Shown here: positions 36,986 to 49,532 of the stretch, piece by piece
Layout of the letters: every line of letters starts with the position of its first letter
How positions within the stretch are numbered: the first letter of the stretch is position 1
Program-made: the position numbers and the translations under genes
DNA from: Eledone cirrhosa
Taxonomy: Eukaryota
Direction of reading: 5' to 3'
Length of the DNA: 64,000 nucleotides
Assembly (NCBI GenBank): GCA_964016885.1
Contig: OZ024740.1
Coordinates: 120,528,001 to 120,592,000, forward strand
Notes under the pieces: model-generated
Seen by the model: the letters and a program-made list of their open reading frames with translations, nothing else
Told to the model about the DNA's origin: nothing
The model's database searches: none

Positions 36986-39539
36986 AGAGGGTAGAATGAA
37001 TCTCTTATGTCCTGTTAGACATCCTCTCTAGTGCTGGAGACATAATACTATATATATAAAATTAAAAACATACATAAGTATATGCATACTTTTCACAAAT
37101 ACTTATTCACACTTGTCTCTCTTATATATTGTTGTGACTTTTGCTAGATCGAACAAATAAAATAATTTTGTTTGTTAAATAATCAGGCATTTAAATGCAA
37201 ATTCCAATGTGATAGCGATTCAATTTTTCAGTACTTGTATTCTTTTAGCTAGTATGATTCTAACTGTACCTTATAGCATCTGATTCCAAAAGCTAATGAC
37301 TGAGTGCAGAAAACTCCTCTCCAGTGCATAACTCTTGACATCAAATATGGAGAGGACAAGCATAAATAAGATAGTTCCAATTTATCAATGAATTTTATAC
37401 TGCAGTGACAGAATAGCACTTACATCTGATGTACTGTAGTTAGTGGAGTACTGTTGAAACTCACCTACAATGTAAGCTCTTGATAATATGTTACCTTTTA
37501 ATAGTATCAGCTTCAACAGCAAAGCTTCTGGCAATATTTGAGGTGAAGGAGAAAGTTTGACTAAGGACACTATATTAAGCCTTTATTAGGTATATTCAGT
37601 TCTATCATACGAAATTGCAAACTTGCAATTCCTAGTGCCTCTTTTCTTCTTTAAATAATTTGTTTGTAATTCTATGTAGCATACCAAATGTCTGCAAAGT
37701 CCTATCAAAAATGATGGAAATATGTTATTGATGCACAAACATGGTCTCAATGATGATATCAAACATTGTCTTTTTAGCCAGAACTAGTATACAATTCTGT
37801 GAAAATTAAGGTTTGATGAAATACTCCTGTTTGATTAGACTATAGCTTTGAACATTTTTGGCTCAACTATTTTGACACTAATCTACACGAAACTGGCTCT
37901 GGTTCTAGGATACAAAGCTTATTATTTTAAAGTGTTTATATTTGCCTAAATGCTTCATCATTCCTTTATGTAAGAACCTTTATGTTTGCACCAAACACCA
38001 AAAAGTAAGGCGAAAATTGAGTATTTTCAAAATTATTAGAAAGAAATAGGCAGTGTCTGTTATGAGAAATATAGTAGCAAAGAGTTTAAATGTTGTATTC
38101 CAGTTATCTGCCCAGTTATGTTGAAGCTGAATGTTGCCAGATCTTCTGCTGTTACTTTTATTGACAGTTTTCTTTAATGTTAGATTGGTTGGCAAGAAGA
38201 TGATTGTCAGATTAGACCAAGGAAACTATATTCCATAGGTCTTTCCATTACTGACATTATCTGCTGGTCACAAATATTAGCATATCTGTCAGTGTTTTTC
38301 CACACACAGAAGGTGGGATTCAAAATCAAAATGCTCATAGTGAAAACAAACAAAGCATTGAAACTGAATTTTGAATAATTCTGCCAATCCATCACATGGA
38401 ATGGTACTTCATTTTATCAACACGGAAAGGAAAAATAGTTACATTGGTGTGGTAAGATTTAAACATAACACAGATAGAAGGAACAAATACCAAGTTGTAT
38501 TTAATCTGACACGCTGATGAGTGCTAATTCACCACCTAAACCTCTACAAGAGCTAATCATCAGATTGAACCAAGAAAACTACATTTACATTGGTATTTTC
38601 ATTGCTTATACTGTCAGTTGCAAATTCTGGCTTGAAGCTTCATACAGAATTCTGCCTGAAGATCATCAATAAATGCTTACTTTTCACACATGACTACCAA
38701 AATACCCATATAGGAAAGCAGATATGAGCATCATTCAAGCTTCACTTATATTCCATAAAATGATATTTTCAATAGTTTTAGCATCTATATAGAAATATTA
38801 AAAATCTATATATCATATTTATCCATATGTTAGTAAGCTAGACTGCTATAGAAATAGGGGGAATAGACAGCAAGAGAGAAAGGAAGAAAGAAAGAAGAAA
38901 TAATAATACATGGTAATCTTTTAAATAAAGAAAAGAGATTGAAATGACCAAATAATGTGTCCATTAATCACAGGTTACTTACATTTACTGTCACTAAAGA
39001 TTAACCCATTCACATTCAATAATGAAGCACTTTATATATATATATACATATAATGTGCAAAAGTCAAAAGGTCTTATCTGTTGTCAAAGAGTGATTATTG
39101 ATGTTTTGTGAGCATGGGCAACAGCTTGGATATTATTTAAAGACTAAGATAATTAGGTAAATCTATGAAAAATAGCATCTGAACACTAATACATGATGCA
39201 ACAGAGTATTAGGATATTTTGAGCAATATTTAGAAAGTATGAGCAAAATTATAAAAGAATGAAATATTCCAAAGGCTTTGTAATTTGTATGAAACCAATT
39301 CTTTTATGTATATGACAAATAGTCTGATTAGTTTGTTTAATAATGAGGAATTAATAAATTCAATTGAATTTGAATTATTCAAAACTGCACTATGAATATA
39401 TATAAAAAATTCTTAGAAGCATCATGTTGTTGTTACAATCACTAGTATTACTGCCAATCGTATGGACTGTCATAAACACAAGCTTACAATGGAATTTCTA
39501 TGTAGTCATTGTTCAGCTGGAAATAGCAGCCACATCTAC

Positions 39540-39908
39540 TACAGTCAGGAAGCACCTCTAACAAAATACACCCCCGTCCCACTACCCCCACCCCATCCAC
39601 ACCACCCCTTTCAATGTAAAGTTATGTTGGTAGCACACCATCCAGCCTGAAACAAATGAGGTTGTGTAGGTGTCACGACAAAAAAACACACAGTCCACGC
39701 TGTAATGTGGCCGTGTAGGTAACACGGTAAAAACCTCCCAGTTCCACACTGTAAATGTGGTTGGTGTTAGGAAGGGCATCCAGCCGTAGAAAACCCGTCA
39801 GACAGTCCTATGCGAGCAAGACAACCCTCTTGCCTCAAGTGGGAAAACTCCCATCCAAACCCATGCAAGCGTGGAATATGGACGTTAAACGATGATGATG
39901 ATGATGAT
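39540..39908 (+). mobile_element. RTE subfamily B 3' UTR fragment
   Basis: Matches 55365-55840 and ends ggacgttaaac(gat)n. Confidence 0.85.
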
Positions 39909-40451
39909 CTCTCTCAAATTAAACACACCATTTTGAAATAAGAAGTATAAATTAGATAAACAGAATATGGGGACATCAGGAATGATTTAGACTACAGGCC
40001 TGCTCAGAGTTGGAGATAAACATCAAAAGTTGTAACACTATCACTGACTATTTTACCATCACAATAGCAACAGCTGTATCCTACTTTATAGTGTCTTCCT
40101 AAAAACAACTCATTTTTCATATTGTTAGCTAAAATAAACAATTTGAGATAAGGTCATATTGTAAATATCAGTTTTATATAATAAACATGTTCTCTACACT
40201 GCTTTTATATTCAGTTGATTCATTTTGACAGTTACTACATCCATAATTACCAACATATTTTAATGACTGTTTGTACATGCATTTATATATATATATGTAT
40301 ATTATATATATATATTGGAGAAGAGTCAGGACCCTGACAGCTGACTTCTCCAATTACCCACTCTACTACCATTAGTATGAAGTACTCTGGTGCAATATGG
40401 TCCACCTGGTATCTTACCACACCTTCTTTGTTTATATATGTATATATCAGC

Positions 40452-41341
40452 AGTGCTCTGAAAGGACAGTAGCCAGAGTCAGAACGGGATGGAAAAAGTT
40501 CAGAGAGCTTATACCACTATTGGCCACTAAAGGTTTCTCTCTAAAAATGAAAGCAGATTGTATGATGCCTGTATATGAACAGCAATTCTACATGGCAGTG
40601 AGACATGGGCATTGCATACAGAGGACCTGCACAGACTGGAAAAGAATGAAGCATGCATGCTCCATTTGATGTGTAATAGTAATATACACAAACGGCAAAA
40701 CATAAATGGACTAAGTGACAAATTAGGAATAAGAGGGATCAGATGCTGTTTACTCGAGAGAAGACTACGTTGGTATGGTCACGTGATGTGCATGTAAGAC
40801 GACAGTTGTATAAAAAAGTGCAGGGCGACCAAAATTGATGGAAGTTACGGAGTAGGTAGACCCAGAAAAACCTGGGACGATTTGCTAAATTCCGACCTTA
40901 CACACTTACACCTCTCTAAGACAATGTCACTGGACCAAGATCTTTGGCACTATGCAGTAATACAGAAGACTCGCCTTGCCTATGTACAAGACAAAACCTA
41001 CAGTCAGTAGGCACCTCTTAACCAAATATACACCCCATCCCTCTACCCCTACTCCACCACCCCCACTTCCACCAACACCACCCTTTCTCTGTAAACTTAT
41101 GTTGGTACCACAACATCCAGTCCAAAATAAATGAGGTTGTGTAGGTGTCACGACAAAAAAGCACACAGCCCACGCTGTAATGTAGTTGGTATTAGGTAGG
41201 GCATCCAGCCGTAGAAAACCTGCCAGACAATCCTATACAAGTGAGACATGGTCACTCAACCAATCTTGCCTCAAATGGGACAATTCCCATCAAAACCCAT
41301 GCTAGCGTGGAAGATAGACGTTAAACGATAATGATGATGAT
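40452..41341 (+). mobile_element. RTE subfamily B 3' fragment (disrupted ORF end + 3' UTR)
   Basis: CSERTVARVRTGWKKFRELIPLL, ERRLRWYGHV, frameshifts and stops, (GAT)n tail. Confidence 0.9.
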
Positions 41342-42132
41342 CATCACAGTTTAACGTTCATGGTAAAATGGTTGGTGAGAGGAAGGGCATCCAGCCATAG
41401 AAATCTTGCCAAACAAGGGTTTGAGAGGTTCAACCATTCCTTTGCACTGAGTGAAATGTGAGGCAATACATAAATGAGACATAGATCCCTGGCCTGTATA
41501 GAAGATCAGTAGCTTCGCTTCAGTCCTTACTTGGTCTGTGTAGAGATGATAATATCTAATAAAGTAATGTAAAAGATTTACTGTATTGTGTAAGTGTGGA
41601 AAAAAAAGAAAGATATTACGGAAGCATATGAATCAAATACTACCATCTCTATATTACATAACTCTACACCTCAAAAGCCAATTGCTTGATAAGTAGAAAA
41701 CCTCAGCAAATTCAACTGATTTATAAACTTCTGTAAGATATTTCCTTTCCTCTTTTTTTCCATACTTACCCAATACAGTACACCTATATTACTCTATATT
41801 ACATACTACCACATATTGCCATATATCTGTTATGGCCTAAGTACACTATGTGCGATTTCACTATTTCAAATTTTCATCTTGGAATTATTTCCCTTTGTTA
41901 TAATACATTTTTTGTAAACTAGTGTTCTTATTTTTAATGGTATCTTATAAATTGTATAAGCACCTATAGATTAGTTCACAATTTTGATCCATCTTACACT
42001 TAGGTGATATGGTCAATATTTGGCTTTGAAACCTTAGGTAGCACTTTTGTTCTGTATGAACATAAATAAATAATATTTCAGCTCCCTTCCTGATTGAGCA
42101 CTGTTTTCCTTTTCACACCTATGGTTATTGCT

Positions 42133-42181
<49 letters not shown>

Positions 42182-42291
42182 GTAATAATAATAAATTTGA
42201 AGACTAAAATCCAAAGGGGGCTCGGTAAGGATAAATATATATCAAATATATAAGAACCACAGAGCAAATATTTATTAAAATAACAGATTAA

Positions 42292-42342
42292 AGTTTAAGC
42301 AAAGAATCGCTGCTTTCACCCTTAACGGGATCTTCTGAAACT
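42292..42342 (-). ncRNA. Hammerhead-like motif (CAGAAGA core) in the PLE3 inverted pLTR
   Basis: Reverse complement of 43408-43458. Confidence 0.6.
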
Positions 42343-42569
42343 AACAAAGTCAATCTGTGAACGCAGAAGTGAATATTTCAAAAAACGTTGCAACCGGAGG
42401 AAGACAGGAAGACGATACTTTGGTTCGTGGAAAGGGACCCTGGCAAAGAACGGGAAAAAACGAATATAATACGTCATTATATGGAGCGGTGAAAAACAAT
42501 TACACGCAAAGACAAAACCACGTTTATGGTATAAAAGAAGTCGTAGACTAATATTCTATTAGGTGGTTC

Positions 42570-42998
42570 ATAGAAATACTATTAAAATTTCTTACTCTAC
42601 GACTCCTAACCGTACACATAACATCACTGCTTCAAATTTAGCTAAACTACCTAGCCGTAGAAACACGTGCAACCCTGTAGTTAGTACTAACAGTAATTGT
42701 AGGAATCGGGTTGACTGCCCCCTATCCGGGAAATGCCTCTCTAGTAACTTTGTCTACAAATGTAAGGTTGAAACACCCTCGTCCCGTGGGGCCTACATAG
42801 GGTTAACTGCCAATAGATTCAAGCTGCGTCTTTACATGCATACCCATTCCTTTCGTTACCCTTTAAGAAGGAATATGACGTCACTTTCAGCTTATATCTG
42901 GAGTCTTAAAGACAACCACACCCAATATAAGTTACACTGGAAGATCCTAGCTAGGGCTTGATCGTATAACGGAAATAAAAGACCATGTGACCTCTGTA
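42570..42998 (+). pseudogene. GIY-YIG endonuclease fragment of PLE3
   Basis: RNTIKISYSTTPN, NCRNRVDCPLSGKCL, FVY...YIG, FKLRLYMH..SF, LSAYIWSLK, W.IL, in-frame TGA, then SYNGNKRPCDLC. Confidence 0.9.
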
Positions 42999-43407
42999 TT
43001 TTATTTACTTTATCCTTAACTCTGAAGCCGAGAATCATTCGGTTTCCTAGTTAGAATTTTAGTCTACAAATTCAGTTATACCATTTACGTGGTTTTGTCT
43101 TTGCGTGCAATTGTTCTCCCCGATCCACATATGACGTATTATCTTCGTTTTTTCCGTTCATTGCCAGAGAACGTTTCTATGAACCACCTAATAGAATATT
43201 AGTCTACGAATTCTTTTATACCATAAACGTGGTTTCGTCTTTGCGTGTAATTGTTTTTCACCGCTCCAAATAATGACGTATTATATTCGTTTTTTCCCGT
43301 TCTTTGCTAGGGAACGTTTCCACGAACCAAAGTATCGTCTCCCTGTCTTCCTTCGGTTGAAATGTTTTTTGAAATATTCACTTCTGCGTTCACAGATTGA
43401 CTTTGTT

Positions 43408-43458
43408 AGTTTCAGAAGATCCCGTTAAGGGTGAAAGCAGCGATTCTTTGCTTAAACT
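43408..43458 (+). ncRNA. Hammerhead-like motif (CAGAAGA core) in the PLE3 3' pLTR
   Basis: agttt CAGAAGA t ccc gttaa ggg t GAA AGCA gcgattctt TGCT T aaact: all three stems form, with a CUU triplet. Confidence 0.62.
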
Positions 43459-44844
43459 TTAATCTGTTATTTTAATAAATATATATATATATATATATAA
43501 GTATCGTCTTCCTGTCTTCCTCCAGTTGCAACGTTTTTTGAAATATCCACTTCTGCGTTTACAGATTGACTTTGTTAGTTTCAGAAGATCCCGTTAAGGG
43601 TGAAAGCAGCGATTCTTAAACTTTAATCTGTTATTTTAATAAATATTTGCTATACGGTTCTTATATATTTGATATATATTTATCCTTATCGACCCCTCTT
43701 TGGATTTTAGTCTTCAAATTTATTATTATTACTATATATATATATATATAACAAGAGCATAAATAGTAGTGAAGAATAGGATTAACATGGAAAAGATTCC
43801 TGGAATTCCTTAGATATAAAGATTACAATTTATTTCAATCTAGGAATTATTTTCACAGGAAATATTTTTATAACAGGAGAAGAACCCAGAGATATGAGAA
43901 AAGAAACAACAGATCTATACAATCAGTGATTGGAAAGATAGTTGACCCATAAATGCATGTAACACACACACAACAGGATTTTATAAAAAAAAAATTCTAG
44001 TAAGGTAAACATGAATGCAATTATGACCATAATATGAACACTAAACATACAGATAATTATATATACAAGTGTACCTCCCTTTCATCATATTACATAATGA
44101 GAAAAAATATGTTTGACCTAATACTGGTGAAAAAACTAATACCTGAATTAAATGCTATTGCTCCTTTTATGAAAGAAAATATTTCTTTTATTGCATTTCA
44201 CTTTTCCATGTAACTAATTCTCACATGACATATTGATGAAGCTGAGTAACATACTTATCTAAATAACTAGCTAAAAAGTATAGAATATCTTGAACATTGT
44301 TTTTTCTTCTTCGTTACAATATTTCGGAAACTTGTCTTCAAATATTCATTAGCAAGCAATCACCTAAGCAAACAAAAGTGACCAGTGGCAGGGTAATAAT
44401 ATATTTATATGTGTAAGTCCATCAAAATTTCTACAGTCAACTGTCTTAGTGTTTTAGTGTTTTTACTTCAGGAAAAAATAAGCAAGTTAATAAAGCAACA
44501 TGTTTGTGGACATGTGACATGGAAGAAATAGTAGATAATCTTCCTCAAATCATACTATGTTTATATATTGGTAAGGGACATTTTTATCTGTATGTAGTGC
44601 AAATAAATACTCAACCTAAACTGCATACAGTATTTACAATGGTTGATCCATATATTAATTTAAAAATTCAAATTAAATGAAACTGAAACAAAATGTCTTA
44701 TGGCATTATTATATTTATGAAATATCTACATCCCCTAATCAATCAAATCATGTTGTATTAAGAATATATATATATATATACTTTGTTTTTGAATTTGTTT
44801 TGCAAGATTTCTTATCTGAAAACGTGTGTTGAAACAGATATTGT

Positions 44845-45173
44845 TATAATTTGGGAGGGTCATGCTGCCAATAAAAACACATGCACCTTTTGGTTTTCAC
44901 TTCAATTTATTATACATTTCTGGTTGGCTGGTTGGTTGGTTCGATAACTGGATAGCTGTTTATATATTGTCAAAGCTCTTACATCACACATTCTATGAAC
45001 TCCTCAGTGACTAGGTTTTTATTTTGTGTCTCTCCTTTATTCTGTAGGACAAATATATAAACAACAATCTGGTTATTGAACCGACCAGCCAAACAGAAAT
45101 TTATAATAAATTGAAGTGAAAACCAACAGCTGCGTGTGTTTTTATTGGCAGCATGACCCTCCCAAAGTATAAC
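44845..45173. mobile_element. Fold-back/MITE-like element, ~125-bp inverted arms
   Basis: ttgggagggtcatgctgccaataaaaacac...(44851) versus gtgtttttattggcagcatgaccctcccaa (ending 45165). Confidence 0.75.
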
Positions 45174-45532
45174 CTCTGGCATCATGCAGTAATACAGAAG
45201 ACCCAACTTCCCACAGGAACAAACCGAAGCCAAAGCATATAGACAATATGCCCTCATCCCCTCCCACTGCAAAGTGGTCGGGGAGGTGTCACGACAAAAA
45301 AGCACCCAGACCATACTGTAAAGTGGACATGTAGGCGCTATAGAAAAAAGCACCCAGCACTCACTGTAAATGAGGTTGGTGTTAGGAAGGGCATCGAACT
45401 GTAGAAATCAAGTCAAAATCAGTCCTGTATGAACAAGACAAGGTCAGCCGACCAGACATTACCCACAACAGGACAGCCAGTCTAATCCATGCTAACATGG
45501 AAGAATGGACATAAAACGAGGATGATGATGAT
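45174..45532 (+). mobile_element. RTE 3' end with SINE-like 3' UTR (subfamily B-related)
   Basis: ctctggcatcatgcagtaatacagaagaccc (RTE ORF end)...ggttggtgttaggaagggcatc...ggacataaaacgag(gat)n. Confidence 0.8.
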
Positions 45533-46489
45533 ACCTTGTGCCTGCTACTGATAGCATGCAGCCCAGTACAACCTGCTACATAGCTAAGTGGTGGGCAGTT
45601 AAACTGGCTTCCCCAACAGTCTCTGGTCTGGTGAGGAGGGTAAGAGGAATTCCAGCAGCACAAAAAACAAGAGTTGTTATAAGGGTGGATGAACTCCTCA
45701 AATTCAACAGCCATCCACCCCAACTATGTGTTAAATAGCCTCACCAAACCATAATTGACCAATTGTGGTAAGTATAGCTATACTCCTAACATGACCCAAA
45801 CCAAACAAAGTGAAGGAGATCAACTAGGGAGGGTTTCCTGCAACAGGAATGAAAAGGCCCTGGATCGATTGATTGATATAGTGTTAGCTGATACGTTTTT
45901 GTCGTTCATAAAAATCTTCTTGTTTAAAAGCCAGTTTCAAAGTATATATCTATTAATGTTTGAAAGGCCTAAATTGAATAAAAGTTGTGTATTTTCAGAT
46001 TGTTCTCATACATTTATTATATTTTGGTATATATACCTCAAATATTTTTTCCACATGCGTACTTTGAAATAATTTTGACTAACCGACAAAGTAAGTGAAC
46101 TCATTTTATTATTTTTACTTAAAATCCATACCAACATGGCAATGTTTGCTAACTATTATGTAAACACTATTTTTTCATTATGTTTAGTGCTTGGAATAGT
46201 TAATAGTTATTTATCTAATTTTTAATCATAGTAACTAATGTATTTACTATGAGGTAAAAAAACAAATAAAAGCTAAAATTCTTTTATTTTTATTTATTTT
46301 TTTTATTTTTTAATGTATAGAGATAACTAACTTACTAACGTATTTACTGAAAGAAAGACAAAATAAATATTTAAAATCGGTAATTTTTATTTATATGGCT
46401 AAAATCATGTCAAAATGGTAATATATCTCACATATAGGCCACAAAGAAAACAAGTTCAAAGATACCCCCAGAAAAGTGAAAGAAGTACT

Positions 46490-47350
46490 ACCCAAACTAG
46501 ATCAGAATCTCAACATAAGGAGACAGAATCTCTGCTGGACTTTACAATCCTACTGTTCCTGGATAAAATTGTACTATACCCAACAAGAGGTGAGAATATC
46601 TTGCACCTCTGCTTCTCAAATAGCATGGCACTCTTCCACAATGTAAAGGTAACCACAATGATATTTTCTTGGATTATAACATAGTGGGACTAAGAACATA
46701 TAGTCCATAGTAGACTGCAGGTAGGCAATCAACATGTTTAAATCCAGCAAAAAGTTAACTGGAAAAGGATACAAGAGAAGATCTTGATGCTAAATTGAAC
46801 TGACATATAGCTTGGGCATTTCATGACAACAATACAAACCATTTATTTTAAGTTTGCAAAAATATTATTCCCAGAAATAGAAAAATCCCTTTGAGAAGGA
46901 GAACGAAGATCACAAACTGATTAAATATACAATCAAATAACAGGAAAGAATCCCATTTGAAACACACACTGTTTGAAAGTAAAATGCTAAGCCACAAACT
47001 GCATAGATTTGGCTTAGTTGGAAAATTATGTAAATGGCTTCATGACTTCTTAAAAGATAGAAGCCAATGGAGCCCTCGCACTTCAAATACCAATAAGTGG
47101 TGTGCCCCAGGGAACTGTCTTGGGATCACTTTTGCTTGTAGTGGTTCTTTCTGATATGCCCTCCATAGAACCAACAGCCTCCGTCACTAGCTATGTGGAT
47201 GATATGAAAGTAGCATAAGCAATCAAATATCTGCAAGATGCTACTCACTTTTAAGAAGAATTTGGATGCCATATACAAATAGGCTGAGGGCAAAAATATA
47301 GTGTTTAATGAAGAAAAATGTCAAACCCTCTGCTTCAATCAAAGTGTCTT
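46490..47350 (+). mobile_element. Decayed, internally deleted CR1-like LINE (APE end + RT core)
   Basis: PTRGENILHLCFSN (endonuclease C-terminus), KLHRFGLVGKLCKWLHDFLKDRSQ, ISGVPQGTVLGSLL, SYVDDMK in shifted frames. Confidence 0.8.
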
Positions 47351-47389
47351 AAAGTCAACTTAGCAAATACCAAAGTCCTAGTAAGTAGA

Positions 47390-47912
47390 AAGGAAAACGA
47401 TATGCTGATCCCTTCAGAAAAATAGCCTTGCTCATTGTATAGCAAAGATTGTATAGAAAATCCATCCTATGTCCCAAATGCAAACTATGGGTGTACAAAA
47501 GATGTAGTAGGATCTCAGGCAGGCTAGCAAAAACAGGTTTTATATGTGGTTGATACACGAAAGGAGTAAGTAGCAAGAACTCACAGGAAACAAGATCTAT
47601 CAAATAACTGCTCAGAGATCTCCATAGAATTAGTTGACAGTTTCTGTTACTGGGGTGACCTAATTAGCAGTGGAGGTGGGTATTCTAAAAGTATAATAGC
47701 TAGTGTGTACATGGGATAAAGAAAGTTATGGGAGCTACAAAACGTTTTTCTCTCAAAATGATAGATTTTATAATGCATTTATATGGAAGTGAGACCCGGG
47801 TGCTATGTGCGGAGGACCTGTGAAAAATGTATAGAAATGAATCTTGCATGCTCTGATGGATGTGTAATAGTAGTATACAGGGACAGTGATATGTCAATGA
47901 ACTGAGAGAGAA
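47390..47912 (+). mobile_element. Decayed RTE fragment covering the PHD-finger region
   Basis: tgtcccaaatgcaaactatgggtgtacaaaagatgtagt (CPKCKLWVYKRCS), gttgacagtttctgttactggggtgac. Confidence 0.75.
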
Positions 47913-48189
47913 ATTATTTGTTGCTTCTGCTGGGAAGCCACATAGTGGCCTAAATAATACTCACTGGTATTATCCAATGTTCCAAACAAATCCCTTGAAA
48001 ATGGAGAGGGCATTTTAAATATATCAGGATTAATAAATATTACCAATGCAAAAATCTCTGGTTTTTTGTTTTTCTTCTTTTTTGCCTACTTAGCACTCAA
48101 TCTCACCTCTCTCATTCCACATTTGATTTAGTTACCTCAATATTTAATGTCATGTCTGCATTGCAGCAGCTTTCAAGACATACCCACTT

Positions 48190-48229
<40 letters not shown>

Positions 48230-48234
<5 letters not shown>

Positions 48235-49081
48235 GTGAGGTTTTTTTTACAAAATGAAAAATAACTGAGGTATCCTACACGAGTGAAAGTATAAAGAAAA
48301 AAAGATGAAATCGAAAATGCAACTGGAGTCTTATTTTTTAAAAAAATATATATATTTATTTGGTTCCTTTACCGGTTTCGCAGTTCTTCTGCTTTTCAAA
48401 AGTAGAGTTGAGATGGAGGGTCTGTGGTTTTTCTCACATCTGGTTGGTCTCTGAATGTTACTTGTTTTATATGGAAAAAGTGGCTCTAAATGCCAGGTTT
48501 TTTGAGAAGTAATTTGATTGGTTGGTCAATAATTATAATAAATTTCGCGCCAGTTCGCGTGACAATAGTTCTTCAAATAAGAGGGGGGGGTGTCACAGGT
48601 TGTTTTTTCATATATGAGTGTTTGAATTTCTTTTTACTTGAAAAAAGGGGCTCACAAAACTTTTTTTAAAAATAAGCGTAATTTGATTATGCTTATTTTA
48701 AAAAAAAGCCTTCGTGAGCCCCTTTTTTCAAGTAAAAAGAAATTCAAACACTCATATATGAAAAAACAACCTGTGACACCCCCCCCCCTCTTATTTGAAG
48801 AACTATTGTCACGCGAACTGGCGCGAAATTTATTATAATTATTGACCAACCAATCAAATTACTTCTCGAAAAACCTGGCATTTCGAGCCACTTTTTCCAT
48901 ATAAAACAAGTAACATTCAGAGACCAACCAGATGTGAGAAAAACCACAGACCCTCCATCTCAACTCTACTTTTGAAAAGCAGAAGAACTGCGAAACCGGT
49001 AAAGGAACCAAATAAATATATATATTTAAAAAAAAAATAAGACTCCAGTTGCATTTTCGATTTCATCTTTTTTTCTTTATA
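48230..49081. mobile_element. ~800-bp near-perfect hairpin of a PLE-like terminus with one-sided 60-bp tail, in (TA)n
   Basis: 48290-48655 is the reverse complement of 48714-49081. The centre is also near-palindromic around 48683. Confidence 0.88.
48966..49005 (+). ncRNA. Hammerhead-like motif with altered core (mirror copy at ~48366-48405 minus)
   Basis: ctactt TTGAAAA gcag aagaa ctgc GAAA ccgGTA aagg. Stem II and the palindromic stem III are typical; core reads TTGAAAA. Confidence 0.55.
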
Positions 49082-49404
49082 TATATATATATATATATAT
49101 AGTCAATTTACATGTGTACTCAAACATCCACATTCTCACAGTAGCCAGCCTGTCATGGTCCAACACCTATCCTTTCAACATACAAACACACTTACACATG
49201 CACACACACATACATGTCCACCCCACTTATTCAATGATTTCCTCCCTCCCTAAACCTCTTTAACACATGAGATACTGCTTGACCAGCAAATCTCCAAAAT
49301 GGCTGAATAAATATGCATGTTTTTTCGCCCCCTTTTTCTCATTTCCTCACCGTTCCTTCCTCTTCTTACTCTTTTTTTTTCTATTTTATCTTCTATTTTC
49401 AACT

Positions 49405-49445
49405 CTATTTTCTGAGGAAGCACTAGTGTCTGAAACATTAAAACT
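49405..49445 (+). ncRNA. Minimal hammerhead motif in a solo pLTR-like repeat (49310-49520)
   Basis: ctatttt CTGAGGA agcactagtgtct GAAA cattaaaact. Homologous to the 18669 and 1921 copies. Confidence 0.5.
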
Positions 49446-49532
49446 TTTTCCCTATTTCAAGCGTTAAACTTATTCCGTCAATGTACGCTGTCGTTCGTTT
49501 TGCTATTTCTGTTTAATTTTTACACACACACG

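Larger units (their letters stand above)
42181..43733 (+). mobile_element. Penelope-like element 3: endonuclease fragment with inverted 5' pLTR+tail, 3' pLTR and a tandem extra pLTR
   Basis: 42271-42576 is the reverse complement of 43174-43481. 43500-43733 repeats the pLTR end plus the tail found at 42181-42270. (TA)n at every junction. Confidence 0.9.

Noticed and set aside
37385-38395. Cluster of short minus-strand ORFs in unique-looking sequence
   Set aside because: No recognisable domain; frames are broken by stops; a decayed gene cannot be distinguished from neutral DNA without a homology search.
42959-42961. In-frame TGA in the PLE3 endonuclease as selenocysteine
   Set aside because: It aligns to a non-Cys variable position in PLE1/PLE2, is simply explained by CGA>TGA decay, and lies in a deleted copy; no SECIS recognised.
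44817-44850. CTGAAAA...GAAAC as a hammerhead in the 44.8 kb fold-back
   Set aside because: Core deviates and stems I and III are not convincing.
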